From Candidatus Thalassarchaeum betae (GTDB taxonomy: Archaea; Thermoplasmatota; Poseidoniia; Poseidoniales; Thalassarchaeaceae), in assembly GCA_003193925.1 (NCBI GenBank), contig PSPG01000010.1, forward strand, positions 1 through 59,705: 59,705 nucleotides of DNA, written 5' to 3'. A program made the translations under genes and the position numbers. Below the pieces are notes generated by a model. That model saw only the letters and a list, made by a program, of their open reading frames with translations, searched no databases and had not been told where the DNA came from. Positions 34,341 through 43,328 of the stretch are shown here, piece after piece (the first letter of the stretch is position 1; each line of letters begins with the position of its first letter).

Positions 34341-35432
34341 GTGGAATCAGTCGGTCGCATCCACAACTTCGGCGCCGGCCCCGCCGTACTGCCCATTGAG
34401 GTGGTCGAAGAGGTAGCGGCCGCGCTGCCCAACCTGCTCGACAGCGGTTTCGGTCTGCTCGAGGTCTCGCACCGCAGCGCCACCTTCCAGAGCGTCATCG
34501 ACTCGGCGATGGAGCGAATCAGGAGGGTGCTGTCGGTACCAGACGACTACGAGGTCCTGTTTCTGCAAGGCGGCGCCTCGACCCAATTCTACATGACCGC
34601 CCTGAACCTGATCGGCGAGGGTGAGAAGGCAGACTTTCTAGTGACCGGCGGATGGTCGCAGAAGGCGCTCAGGGAGGCAGGGCGGGTAGGCGATGCTGCA
34701 GCTGCGTGGGACGACTCGGCCAACGGATTCAGGTCCGTTCCCCAAGACGGTGACTACTCCATCCGTGAGGATGCAGCCTATGTCCACTACACCTCGAACA
34801 ACACCCTCTACGGAACCCAGTACCACCACCTGCCCGACAGCGGCGGCAAGCCGAGGGTCGTCGATGCGAGCTCGGACATCTGCGGCGTGCCGATCGACGT
34901 CTCAGCGCACGACGTGATCTACGCAGGGGCGCAGAAGAACCTCGGGGCTAGTGGGGTGACCCTCGTCATCATCTCACCATGGGCGCTGTCAAGGGGCAAG
35001 GAGGGGCTGCCCACCATGCTGGACTACAACACCCACGTCTCCAAGGGCTCGATGTTCAACACCCCCAACACCTCTGGCATCTACATCCTAGACCGCGTCT
35101 TCGCTTGGATTGAGCAGAATGGCGGGCTCGAGGGCGCCATCGAGCGCAACCGGACCAAGGCCGCTTTGCTCTACGGCGAACTCGACCGCAGCGACTTCTG
35201 GCGGCCGCATGCACACGGCGGCTCTCGCTCAGTGATGAACGTCACTTGGCGGCTAGCCGACGAGGCGCTCGAGAGCGTCTTCCTCGCAGAGGCTGAGGCG
35301 GCAAGGATGGGCGGGCTCAAAGGTCACCAATGCATCGGAGGCATCCGCGCCAGCATGTACAACAGCTGCTCGATGGAGAGCGTCAAGGCTCTCGTCGGAT
35401 TCATGCGCGACTTCGAGTCGCGACACGGATGA
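34341..35432 (+). CDS. serC: Phosphoserine aminotransferase (bacterial type)
   Basis: NFGAGPA, SHRS, QGGAS, AGAQKN, NTP, GGIRASMYN. GTG start is approximate. Confidence 0.92.
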   Translation: MESVGRIHNFGAGPAVLPIEVVEEVAAALPNLLDSGFGLLEVSHRSATFQSVIDSAMERIRRVLSVPDDYEVLFLQGGASTQFYMTALNLIGEGEKADFLVTGGWSQKALREAGRVGDAAAAWDDSANGFRSVPQDGDYSIREDAAYVHYTSNNTLYGTQYHHLPDSGGKPRVVDASSDICGVPIDVSAHDVIYAGAQKNLGASGVTLVIISPWALSRGKEGLPTMLDYNTHVSKGSMFNTPNTSGIYILDRVFAWIEQNGGLEGAIERNRTKAALLYGELDRSDFWRPHAHGGSRSVMNVTWRLADEALESVFLAEAEAARMGGLKGHQCIGGIRASMYNSCSMESVKALVGFMRDFESRHG

Positions 35433-36139
35433 GTGGGAGGATGGACGCGCGCAGCGTACTCGACTTGCTCGACCTGACCCTGCTCGATCACGATGCCACC
35501 GAGGCCGCCCTCGACGCGCTGTGCGAGCGAGCCAATGCTCACCGGCCAGCCGCAGTGTGTGTGTTCTCAGAGCACGTCCCCTATGTGAGGAGCCGTCTAG
35601 ACGATGGGATCGCGCTGGCGGCGGTTGCCGGCGGGTTCCCGATTGGCAGCTTCGATCCAGAGGTGATATCGGAAGCGGTACGCGCCGCCGTCGAGGCTGG
35701 CGCGGACGAGATAGACTGCGTGCTTGAGCCTCACGAGGCCGAGGGCTTCCCGGGCGAGCCCGAGCTTGCGATGCTCATAGCCATGCGCGAGGCATCTGCT
35801 GGCTACACGCTGAAGGTCATCATCGAAACGCCGCTGCTCGAGGAGAGGAGGATGCGCGCGGCCGCACGCATGGCGCTTGCAGCAGGAGCGGACTTCGTCA
35901 AGAGCTGCACCGGCAGGCGAGGAGGCTGCAGCGACGAGGCGGCTGGAATCCTCGCGTTCGAGGTGCGAAGGTACGGTGTTACCATGGGTCACAGGCGCGG
36001 CGTGAAGCTGTCCGGGGGCATCCGGACCAAGGAGGACGTCAAGCGTCTGCTTGGCCTCGTCCACTCGGAGGACTCCACCATCAACGGCCCTGCGAGGCTG
36101 AGAATCGGAGCCTCGTCGCTGCTTGACGACCTGCTGTGA
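35429..36139 (+). CDS. deoC: Deoxyribose-phosphate aldolase
   Basis: DLTLL, AAVCV, GADEID, LKVIIET, DFVKSCTG, KLSGGIR, RIGASSLL. Confidence 0.88.
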   Translation: MSGRMDARSVLDLLDLTLLDHDATEAALDALCERANAHRPAAVCVFSEHVPYVRSRLDDGIALAAVAGGFPIGSFDPEVISEAVRAAVEAGADEIDCVLEPHEAEGFPGEPELAMLIAMREASAGYTLKVIIETPLLEERRMRAAARMALAAGADFVKSCTGRRGGCSDEAAGILAFEVRRYGVTMGHRRGVKLSGGIRTKEDVKRLLGLVHSEDSTINGPARLRIGASSLLDDLL

Positions 36140-36212
36140 GACTGAGAGCCGGAATAAGACACCAGGACCGACGACGGAAGCAGTCACACCCAGAACGATA
36201 GAGGGATGAGGC

Positions 36213-36866
36213 TCAGGATTCCGTCTCGCCGGTCGAGGATGCCTCGATTCCGTGGGCCTTCAGCATATGTGCCTCGACATTGCGAGGCCTCAATCTCGCC
36301 GAACACTCCGGGCAATCGACGAAACCGCCACTGCTTGAGTACGAGGTCACTATTTTCGATGCCTTCTGCTTGGGTTTCCTGATCTTGATGATGAGACCGA
36401 GCAGCCCCCCGAGCAGGACGCTGGCCAAGAGCAGAGAGGCGGCCAACGAGTGCCAGAATCCTGGGTCGACATCGAGTCTCAGATCGTGATTGACGAACCT
36501 GTCTTCCTCCAGAGGTTCGCCGTCCGGACCTATCAGATCCATCGTGTGCTCGAATCTCTGTCCGTCGACATTGAGGACGAGCAGCTTTCCGTCATCGGTC
36601 GAGTGGACGTGCAAAACGAGTTCGTAACTCCCGAAGAATCCTGTGCCGTCGCTGCGGTTCGCATTGTGATCACAGAGGGATTGATCGGTTGCACCGTCGG
36701 AGCAATCGATTTCGACGTTCATCCACCTTACTGCATTACCGTCGGGTGAGAGGATCTTCCCCTCGATGGTGTAGCGATGATCCCATTCATGTTCCGCCTG
36801 CACCGAGCCGGCCGCCAACACGAGAATAAGAGCCAGAACAGCTATCCAAGTGATCCTTTCACTCAT
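36213..36866 (-). CDS. Exported single-pass membrane protein with cytoplasmic C2H2-like zinc finger
   Basis: Signal peptide, TM helix, CPECSARLRPRNVEAHMLKAH. Confidence 0.62.
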   Translation of the reverse strand: MSERITWIAVLALILVLAAGSVQAEHEWDHRYTIEGKILSPDGNAVRWMNVEIDCSDGATDQSLCDHNANRSDGTGFFGSYELVLHVHSTDDGKLLVLNVDGQRFEHTMDLIGPDGEPLEEDRFVNHDLRLDVDPGFWHSLAASLLLASVLLGGLLGLIIKIRKPKQKASKIVTSYSSSGGFVDCPECSARLRPRNVEAHMLKAHGIEASSTGETES

Positions 36867-36994
36867 GAAACCGGTTCGGGCGAGGTTCTGTTAAAGATTG
36901 CTCGTCATAGATGTTCATCGATGATCGAGCCTGCAGAATCGATGTGTCAACATCCAGCATCGCACTTATCACCCAGTGAGGATGTTCAGCGTTC

Positions 36995-37243
36995 ATGGCA
37001 CAGCCGGTGGCGAGTCAGAACCGCCCCTACGTGATCGAGGTCGAGGAGGGTAAGAAGGTGGCCTGGTGCGCCTGTGGCAGGTCGGCCAACCAACCCTTCT
37101 GCGATGGCAGCCACTCACGTGAGAACACGGGGATCACCCCTATCGTCTTCACTGCCGAGAAGAGCGGGAAGGCTGCCCTGTGCGGCTGCCGCACCAGCGG
37201 GAACAAGCCCCACTGCGATGGCAGCCACAAGAACCTCGACTGA
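36995..37243 (+). CDS. CDGSH iron-sulfur protein (two CDGSH motifs)
   Basis: WCACGRS..QPFCDGSH and LCGC...PHCDGSH. Confidence 0.93.
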   Translation: MAQPVASQNRPYVIEVEEGKKVAWCACGRSANQPFCDGSHSRENTGITPIVFTAEKSGKAALCGCRTSGNKPHCDGSHKNLD

Positions 37244-37307
37244 ACTCGACTCAGCCTCGGACATCTCGCGCGTGGCCCTCGAAGGCCTACGGCGTTCAAG
37301 GGATGAG

Positions 37308-37383
37308 TGGTGGGCTCGGCAGGATTTGAACCTGCGATCTTCGCCGTGTGAAGGCGACATCATAACCCCTAGACCACGAGCCC
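37308..37383 (-). tRNA. tRNA-Val(CAC)
   Basis: GGGCTCG...CGAGCCCACCA; anticodon arm TCGCC-TT-CAC-AC-GGCGA. Confidence 0.96.
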
Positions 37384-37482
37384 GCGCCTCGATGCCAGCC
37401 GCGAGTCGGCAATAAGCGTGATGACTCGATTGGTGAGCAGGACTCCCGCCGGAATCAAAAGTCGGCTCTAGGTCGGCGGTCC

Positions 37483-38928
37483 GTGGTGGCTGGTCTGGAC
37501 TTCGACGTTCTGCGCCAGAGGGAGACCTGGCGGGCGTTCGGCATCGGCGTTGTCCTGTTCTGCATCATCGGGTACTCCTCTCTCAGCCTGTTCGGCCTCT
37601 CGTCCTCCGCGTACGGGGTCTCCGAAGACGTCGAGTTGGTGCCTGACTTCGAGGTCGCCTCGATGAACCGCACCGGCATCGATGATGCCATCGCGGACGA
37701 GAGTGGGATGGTGCGACTCTCGAGTCTGAGAGGAAGCGTCGTCGTCCTCGACTTCATGGCGGTGGACTGCGGAAGCTGCCACTACGTTCAGGAGCATATC
37801 GAGCGGAACATCGACGCTTGGGGCGAGCTGGGGGGCGACTACCCAGTGGTGGTCATCTCCATCGGCTCCTGGTACGGCTACGAGCCCTTCGAGCGCATCA
37901 ACGAGACCTTCGGCGATGCTGATTCCTCCAGGCACATGCGCTGGCCGGTGGTCATGGGGGCCACTGACTCGGTGCTGCTCGAGGACGGGGGCAGGGGAGA
38001 CCTCGTCGAGTACTACTCCGCTCAGAACCTGCCTCTCGCGCTGGTGATCGACCATGAGGGGTACGTCGTGACCAAGGAGGGCACAGGATTTCCGTTGGAT
38101 GGCTGGGATTCGTTCGACTCGGCGATACAGAGGGCGAATGCCGGTACCGCCGACTCACTGAGGTTCGGTATAGAGAAGGTGGACCGCTCGCTCACCGGGG
38201 TCTTCGTGATCGGCCTTTTCCTCGGGGTGCTGGTCTACTTCTCGCCGTGCGCCTTCCCGGTCCTCCCGTCCTACATCGCCTACTACCTCAACCTCGGGAT
38301 GAGGGAGGACGAGCTCCGCGAGGCCGGCAAGCTCGCCGGAAGCATGCCCAAGCCCGTCGAGGTCGGTGGCTACGCCGCCCTCGGCCAACTGACCTTCTTC
38401 GGGGCGGTCGGAGTCGTCATCTTCGGGCTCGCCGAGGTAATCGACCTCTCGGGCGTGCTGCACGACATCGCGGTGGCTATCGCCTGGCTGTTGGTCATCC
38501 TCGGCGCGCTGATGCTGCTCGGATGGGCCTCACACCTGCTGGCTTGGGTCCAGAGGGTGCTCGACCGCTACCAGACCACCGAGATGGACGAGCAGTTCTC
38601 TCCACGCCGCAACATGTACCTGTGGGGCATCGGCTACAGCGCGGCTTCAGTAGACTGCACAGCAGCCGCGGTCTTCCCGTTCGTAGCTTGGCTCGCAGTC
38701 GTGGGAGAGGGTGCCTTCGTGTTCGGGATGGCCGGGCTGATACTATCAGTCACACTGCTCATGATCACGATCACCGTGCTGGTGGGATTGGGTCGGCAGG
38801 CGACGATCGACTTCCTGCGCCGTTCGACCGGGATAGTCAAGGCGACCGGGGCTTGGATGATGATGTTCGCTGGAGTCGGCCTGCTCGTATACCTGACGCA
38901 GCCCGAAATTATCGCAAGTTTGCTCTGA
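37483..38928 (+). CDS. TlpA-like thioredoxin fused to a CcdA/DsbD transmembrane domain
   Basis: VVLDFMAVDCGSC; FSPCAFPVLPSY and SVDCT TM cysteines. Confidence 0.82.
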   Translation: MVAGLDFDVLRQRETWRAFGIGVVLFCIIGYSSLSLFGLSSSAYGVSEDVELVPDFEVASMNRTGIDDAIADESGMVRLSSLRGSVVVLDFMAVDCGSCHYVQEHIERNIDAWGELGGDYPVVVISIGSWYGYEPFERINETFGDADSSRHMRWPVVMGATDSVLLEDGGRGDLVEYYSAQNLPLALVIDHEGYVVTKEGTGFPLDGWDSFDSAIQRANAGTADSLRFGIEKVDRSLTGVFVIGLFLGVLVYFSPCAFPVLPSYIAYYLNLGMREDELREAGKLAGSMPKPVEVGGYAALGQLTFFGAVGVVIFGLAEVIDLSGVLHDIAVAIAWLLVILGALMLLGWASHLLAWVQRVLDRYQTTEMDEQFSPRRNMYLWGIGYSAASVDCTAAAVFPFVAWLAVVGEGAFVFGMAGLILSVTLLMITITVLVGLGRQATIDFLRRSTGIVKATGAWMMMFAGVGLLVYLTQPEIIASLL

Positions 38929-38941
38929 GCAGTTATCAAGT

Positions 38942-38953
38942 ACCACTAGTGGT
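38942..38953. promoter_or_regulatory. Perfect palindrome ACCACTAGTGGT between a TATA-like element and the PiT start
   Basis: Seen directly; an operator role is inferred from position. Confidence 0.35.
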
Positions 38954-38965
38954 GCGCGCGAATCA

Positions 38966-41086
38966 ATGGAACCACTGATGGGACTCGTCCTCTTGGTTTC
39001 GATAATCGTCTGCGCGTATCTAGCGTGGAACATCGGTGCCAACGATGTTGCGAATGCGATGGGGACTTCTGTCGGCTCTCGCGCTCTGACGCTCAAGCAA
39101 GCAGTAATCGTCGCTGCCATCTTCGAGTTCATAGGCGCTTTCTTCGCTGGTGATGCGGTCACAGACACTGTACGCAAGGGAATCCTGTCAGTTGACTTCG
39201 ATACCGTCACCGTTGGCTTCGCCAACGATCTGATGTATGCTTTCATCGCGGCCATGATGGCAGCCGCTGTCTGGCTTACGGTAGCCACGAGGTACGGCCT
39301 TCCAGTATCGACCACACACAGCATCATCGGTGGCATTATCGGCGTCGGGCTGGTCATGGAGGTCCAGTACGGTACCTCCCTGATTGACTGGGAGGTCGTC
39401 GAGAAGGTCGCCATCTCATGGGTTGTCAGCCCACTGATGGGAGGTTTGTTCGCATTCTTCACTTTCTGGGTAATCAGAGAGACCATTCTCGATGCCGCTG
39501 ACCCAGAGGCGCGCTCGCGCTGGGTGGCACCGATACTCGCCATCCCGACATTCTTCGTGCTTACTATCGCACTGCAGTTCAAGGCCCTGAAGGGGTTCTT
39601 CGCCAAGGCCCAGAGCAATGGCTGGATCGAAAACAAGTCCGACTGGCTGCCGGTCACGGAGAACGGAGTCTGGGACCCTCTAGCGGAGAACGCCTGGTTC
39701 CCCATCAACAGCCTCATCCTAGCCTGCGTCGTCGCCACAATCGCCGCAGCGGTCCTGGCTTACGTCCTGAGGAACTACGATTTCAAGGGCGAGGAGGACG
39801 GCTTCCACGGAGTCGAGAGGATCTTTGTCTGGTTGCAAGTCATCGCTGCCGCTTATGTCGCCTTCGCCCACGGTGCCAATGACCGGTCCAACGCAATCGG
39901 CCCTATGGCGACCGTCTACCAGGTTCTCTCAAGCGAGGGGGGGGAACTCGCAGCCACGGCCGATGTACCGACCTGGCTGGTATTGCTCGGAAGCGCTGGT
40001 ATCGCAATCGGTGTGATGACTTGGGGGTGGAGAGTGATGGAGACCATTGGAAGCAAGATCACCGACATCACCCCGACCCGTGGCTTCGCCGCTACGTTCG
40101 GTGCGGCGACGACTGTCCTCATCTTCTCCATGCCATTCCTTGCGATTCCCGTTTCCACCACGCACACACTCGTGGGTGGCGTAGTGGGTGTTGGGCTGGC
40201 GGGAGGTGCGAAGGCCGTCGACTTCAGGGTCTTCGGGAAGATCGTCGCGTCATGGCTGGCAAGCATTCCGGCCGCAGGATTCGGTTCGATAGTGATCTAC
40301 GTAGCCGCCGGCTCCGATCCGATCAATATGCTCATCGTCATACCCATCGCACTCGCCGCGGTAGCCTATGTAATCTGGTCAACTCGCGACAGCGAGGTGT
40401 ACGTAGACGAGGCGCTGGCGGATGCGGGTGGGGCAGAAATCGTGGGGCCGACATACTTCGAACTCTTCCACACCCACGCTGAGGTTGTCGAGGAGACAGT
40501 CAACCACATGCTCCTCGCTGTGCGCTGCGCTGCTGATGGCAAGGATACAAGCGAGGCCATCGAGGCGACTATCTCGGCTGAGTTGAGGGCTGACCATGTG
40601 AAGAACGAGCTGCGGCGAAAGGTTGGTTCGGGCAAGTGGAACCTGCTGATGAGGTCCGATGACTTCTACCACATGCTGGCTCGCCAGGACCGCATCGCCG
40701 ACTATGCTCAGAATGTTGCCGAACAACTGTCGTTCAGACCGCTCTACGACAATGCGGAGGCCAGGGCCATGCTCAAGGAGATGGCCGAAGCGGTCGCCAA
40801 GACCGCTGCCGTGTATGAGGATACAGTCGAGGCGCTGCGTGACCTCACGCTCTCTGGCTTCACCAAGACTGGTCGGGAGAAGCTAGGTGACCTGATTGAC
40901 GATGTCAACCTCGCAGAGCACGAGGCTGACCTGGTCGAGAGCCGGGCCGCAGGATTCGTGTTCAGCACTGGCGAGGACGACCCGTTGGCTGCTGTCCATA
41001 TGTACCGAGTTCTGCAGCGTCTGGACGATGTGGCCAACGCCTGCGAGACCGCCGCGAACGCCTTCCTGCCGATCGTGTACAACTGA
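38966..41086 (+). CDS. PiT-family phosphate transporter fused to a DUF47/PhoU-like domain
   Basis: GANDVANAMGT, PVSTTH twice, HGAND; C-terminal EL.AD..K..LR...D.IAD...E.EAD...DDVAN.CE. Confidence 0.9.
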   Translation: MEPLMGLVLLVSIIVCAYLAWNIGANDVANAMGTSVGSRALTLKQAVIVAAIFEFIGAFFAGDAVTDTVRKGILSVDFDTVTVGFANDLMYAFIAAMMAAAVWLTVATRYGLPVSTTHSIIGGIIGVGLVMEVQYGTSLIDWEVVEKVAISWVVSPLMGGLFAFFTFWVIRETILDAADPEARSRWVAPILAIPTFFVLTIALQFKALKGFFAKAQSNGWIENKSDWLPVTENGVWDPLAENAWFPINSLILACVVATIAAAVLAYVLRNYDFKGEEDGFHGVERIFVWLQVIAAAYVAFAHGANDRSNAIGPMATVYQVLSSEGGELAATADVPTWLVLLGSAGIAIGVMTWGWRVMETIGSKITDITPTRGFAATFGAATTVLIFSMPFLAIPVSTTHTLVGGVVGVGLAGGAKAVDFRVFGKIVASWLASIPAAGFGSIVIYVAAGSDPINMLIVIPIALAAVAYVIWSTRDSEVYVDEALADAGGAEIVGPTYFELFHTHAEVVEETVNHMLLAVRCAADGKDTSEAIEATISAELRADHVKNELRRKVGSGKWNLLMRSDDFYHMLARQDRIADYAQNVAEQLSFRPLYDNAEARAMLKEMAEAVAKTAAVYEDTVEALRDLTLSGFTKTGREKLGDLIDDVNLAEHEADLVESRAAGFVFSTGEDDPLAAVHMYRVLQRLDDVANACETAANAFLPIVYN

Positions 41087-41872
41087 TCAGGTCCAGCCGG
41101 CGTCCTCGGCGACCTGCCCGCCACCATCGCTCGCGACCAGTTCGAGCGCGGGCTGGAACAGCCTCCAAGCTACCATACCAACAGCGAGCCCGGTCACCAG
41201 ATCGAACAGGTAGTGCTGCTTGGTCGTCAGGATGCTGATGCACAGCAGGGCGTACTCGACCCACAGCAGGACGACGAAGGCCCTGGCCAGCGGCTTGCCC
41301 TCATGCTCGCGTGAGAGCCAGTGAGTCATCAGCCTCGCGAGGATGTACGAGTGCACGATGTGGAGGCTGGGCCATGCGTTCCACGGGTTGTCCGAGAAGT
41401 GGATGAACCCGAACAGGGAGGACTCCAAATCGGTCAGCGAGTCCAAGTCCAACTGGTCCCTGAGGTCGATCTCGGCAGGGAAGACGAGGAAGAAGAAGGA
41501 GCAGAACAGAGTCGCGAGAATCAGCGTCTGCATAGCGAGGACGAGCTCTGCGCGTCCCCTGTCGTGCCTCGGGCTGACCACGAGTGTGGCGGGGTAGAAC
41601 AGGTAGAGCGCGGCATAGGGGATGATCATCCAGTTAATCACTGGTATCTCGCGGTCGAGCCACATCTCGGGGTCCCACACGGTGCCGAGGTAGTGCGCGG
41701 CGATGTTGTTCGAGGCGAAATATGGAACTGCGACGAAGAGCAGGCCCAAAAGGAAGATCTCGAATCTGAACCAATGTCCATTGAGTAACTCCCTTCTGGA
41801 CCAAGTCGACCTCCAGAAGCCCCTCCAAGGCAGGACTAATCTGTGATGCAGGTCGGACTGCCCCCAATCCAT
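41087..41872 (-). CDS. PAP2-superfamily membrane phosphotransferase (Aur1/Ipt1-like)
   Basis: LDREIP..W.I.PY, FLVFP, NAWPSLH, TTKQHYLFD. Confidence 0.78.
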   Translation of the reverse strand: MDWGQSDLHHRLVLPWRGFWRSTWSRRELLNGHWFRFEIFLLGLLFVAVPYFASNNIAAHYLGTVWDPEMWLDREIPVINWMIIPYAALYLFYPATLVVSPRHDRGRAELVLAMQTLILATLFCSFFFLVFPAEIDLRDQLDLDSLTDLESSLFGFIHFSDNPWNAWPSLHIVHSYILARLMTHWLSREHEGKPLARAFVVLLWVEYALLCISILTTKQHYLFDLVTGLAVGMVAWRLFQPALELVASDGGGQVAEDAGWT

Positions 41873-41903
41873 ATAGGGTGCCCATGCGAGTCCGGCAAAT
41901 GAA

Positions 41904-43328
41904 TCACACGACTTCGTCGGGCATCGCATACGAGCCTGCCACCGTCACCACGGCAGAGCCGATTACCGCTGAGAGGAACACCTCGAGGTTTGCCAGGCCC
42001 CACTCGTTTGTCGGTGAGGTCAGGTAGCCGATGCCGGTGGCTAAGTCGGCTGTCGCGGCTCCGTAAGCCACTACAGACAGGAGTCCTGCCACGGCTCCGA
42101 GCAGAGCCCCCTTGGAGGAGACCTTGTCCCAGAGAGTCAGCAGCACCGGAGCGACTGTTGCTGCGGCGAGTAGGTCTGCGAAGAGGAAAATCTCGAACAC
42201 GCTCAGAGCGTCGATCGTGGTCGCCAGATAGATTGCTATGGGTATCATCGCTATGGTGGCGATTCGTGCTTGACCGAGCTGCATCGAGCCGTTAGCGATG
42301 TCTCGTGAGATGGAGGCGACCACAGCGTTCTGCAGGGTATCAGTGCTCGAGCAGACGAGCGCGACTGCGAGAACGATGAAAGCGGCGATTAGCAGGATTC
42401 CAGCGTCCTCGATTAGGTAGAAGAAGGCTGCAGATGGGTCTCCCACGGCTCCCTGGCCCGCCACCACTGTGCCGAGCACACCCATAACGAAGACGAGAGG
42501 TAGGGCGAGGCCGGCCGCAAGGAAGGCCCCCTTCCTCAGGGCCTCGTCGCTCTCCGAGGCCCACGCACGCTGCCAGTTGCCCTGAGAGAACATCTCGGCC
42601 GCGGTTATAGCCACCACCAGAGCGAGTCCGGATCTGAACGAGTCCATGTACGACATGCTACCGATTGACCACTCGTCCTCGGGGTTGTACGCCTTGGCGT
42701 CCTCGATGAGAGTTCCGAAATCGGCACCGAACAGAATCAGCAGCAGCGCGATGACGAGCCATAGTATCATCCAGGCTTGCCAGCGATCCGTCTGCAGGGA
42801 TGCCGGCAGCCCGCCATACGCGGTGTATGCAGCCGTCACCGCTGCGACGGCGACCATTGGAACCAGAGGGTCCATGCCAGCGAGGGTGTCCATCGCCTTG
42901 CCGATTGCGGTGAACTCGGCGAACAGGAAGGTGAACATATAGAGCACCGAGATCAAGCCGACGTAGACCTGCATGGGGCGGCCCAGTCTCATGCTGACGT
43001 AGTCGGCCAGCGTGACACCGTAGGGCAGGCGCTCGCGGATCATCGGCCCGACGTAGGCCAGCAGCATGAAGGGGGTCGCGGAGGAGAGCGCGTAACCAAC
43101 GACGTCCCAGAAGCCGCCATAGTAGCCGACCTCAGAGGGTCCGAACAGTATCCAGATTCCCATGCCCGATGCGAACAGGCTCAGTCCGATTTGCAGCCAG
43201 CTCTGACTGCCTCGCGCGCTCAGGTAAGTGTCCGAGTCCATCTCGCGCTCGGCCGCAGCAGTGTAGCCGACGTAGCCGAAGAACCCAAGGGTCCCCAGAA
43301 GCAGGACGTAGGAGATCAATGGGTCCAT
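41904..43328 (-). CDS. Sodium:solute symporter family protein
   Basis: About 13 TM segments; YTAYGGLPASLQTD, WQRAWA, SSTDT. Confidence 0.85.
   Translation of the reverse strand: MDPLISYVLLLGTLGFFGYVGYTAAAEREMDSDTYLSARGSQSWLQIGLSLFASGMGIWILFGPSEVGYYGGFWDVVGYALSSATPFMLLAYVGPMIRERLPYGVTLADYVSMRLGRPMQVYVGLISVLYMFTFLFAEFTAIGKAMDTLAGMDPLVPMVAVAAVTAAYTAYGGLPASLQTDRWQAWMILWLVIALLLILFGADFGTLIEDAKAYNPEDEWSIGSMSYMDSFRSGLALVVAITAAEMFSQGNWQRAWASESDEALRKGAFLAAGLALPLVFVMGVLGTVVAGQGAVGDPSAAFFYLIEDAGILLIAAFIVLAVALVCSSTDTLQNAVVASISRDIANGSMQLGQARIATIAMIPIAIYLATTIDALSVFEIFLFADLLAAATVAPVLLTLWDKVSSKGALLGAVAGLLSVVAYGAATADLATGIGYLTSPTNEWGLANLEVFLSAVIGSAVVTVAGSYAMPDEVV

Noticed and set aside
10002-37383. Shared sequence blocks (CGTGGTCTAGGGGTTATGA, GAAGATCGCAGGTTC) at about 10.0 kb and 37.3 kb as att sites of a 27-kb element
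   Set aside because: Both are complete tRNA-Val isoacceptors with different anticodons, and the DNA between them is core housekeeping with no integrase.
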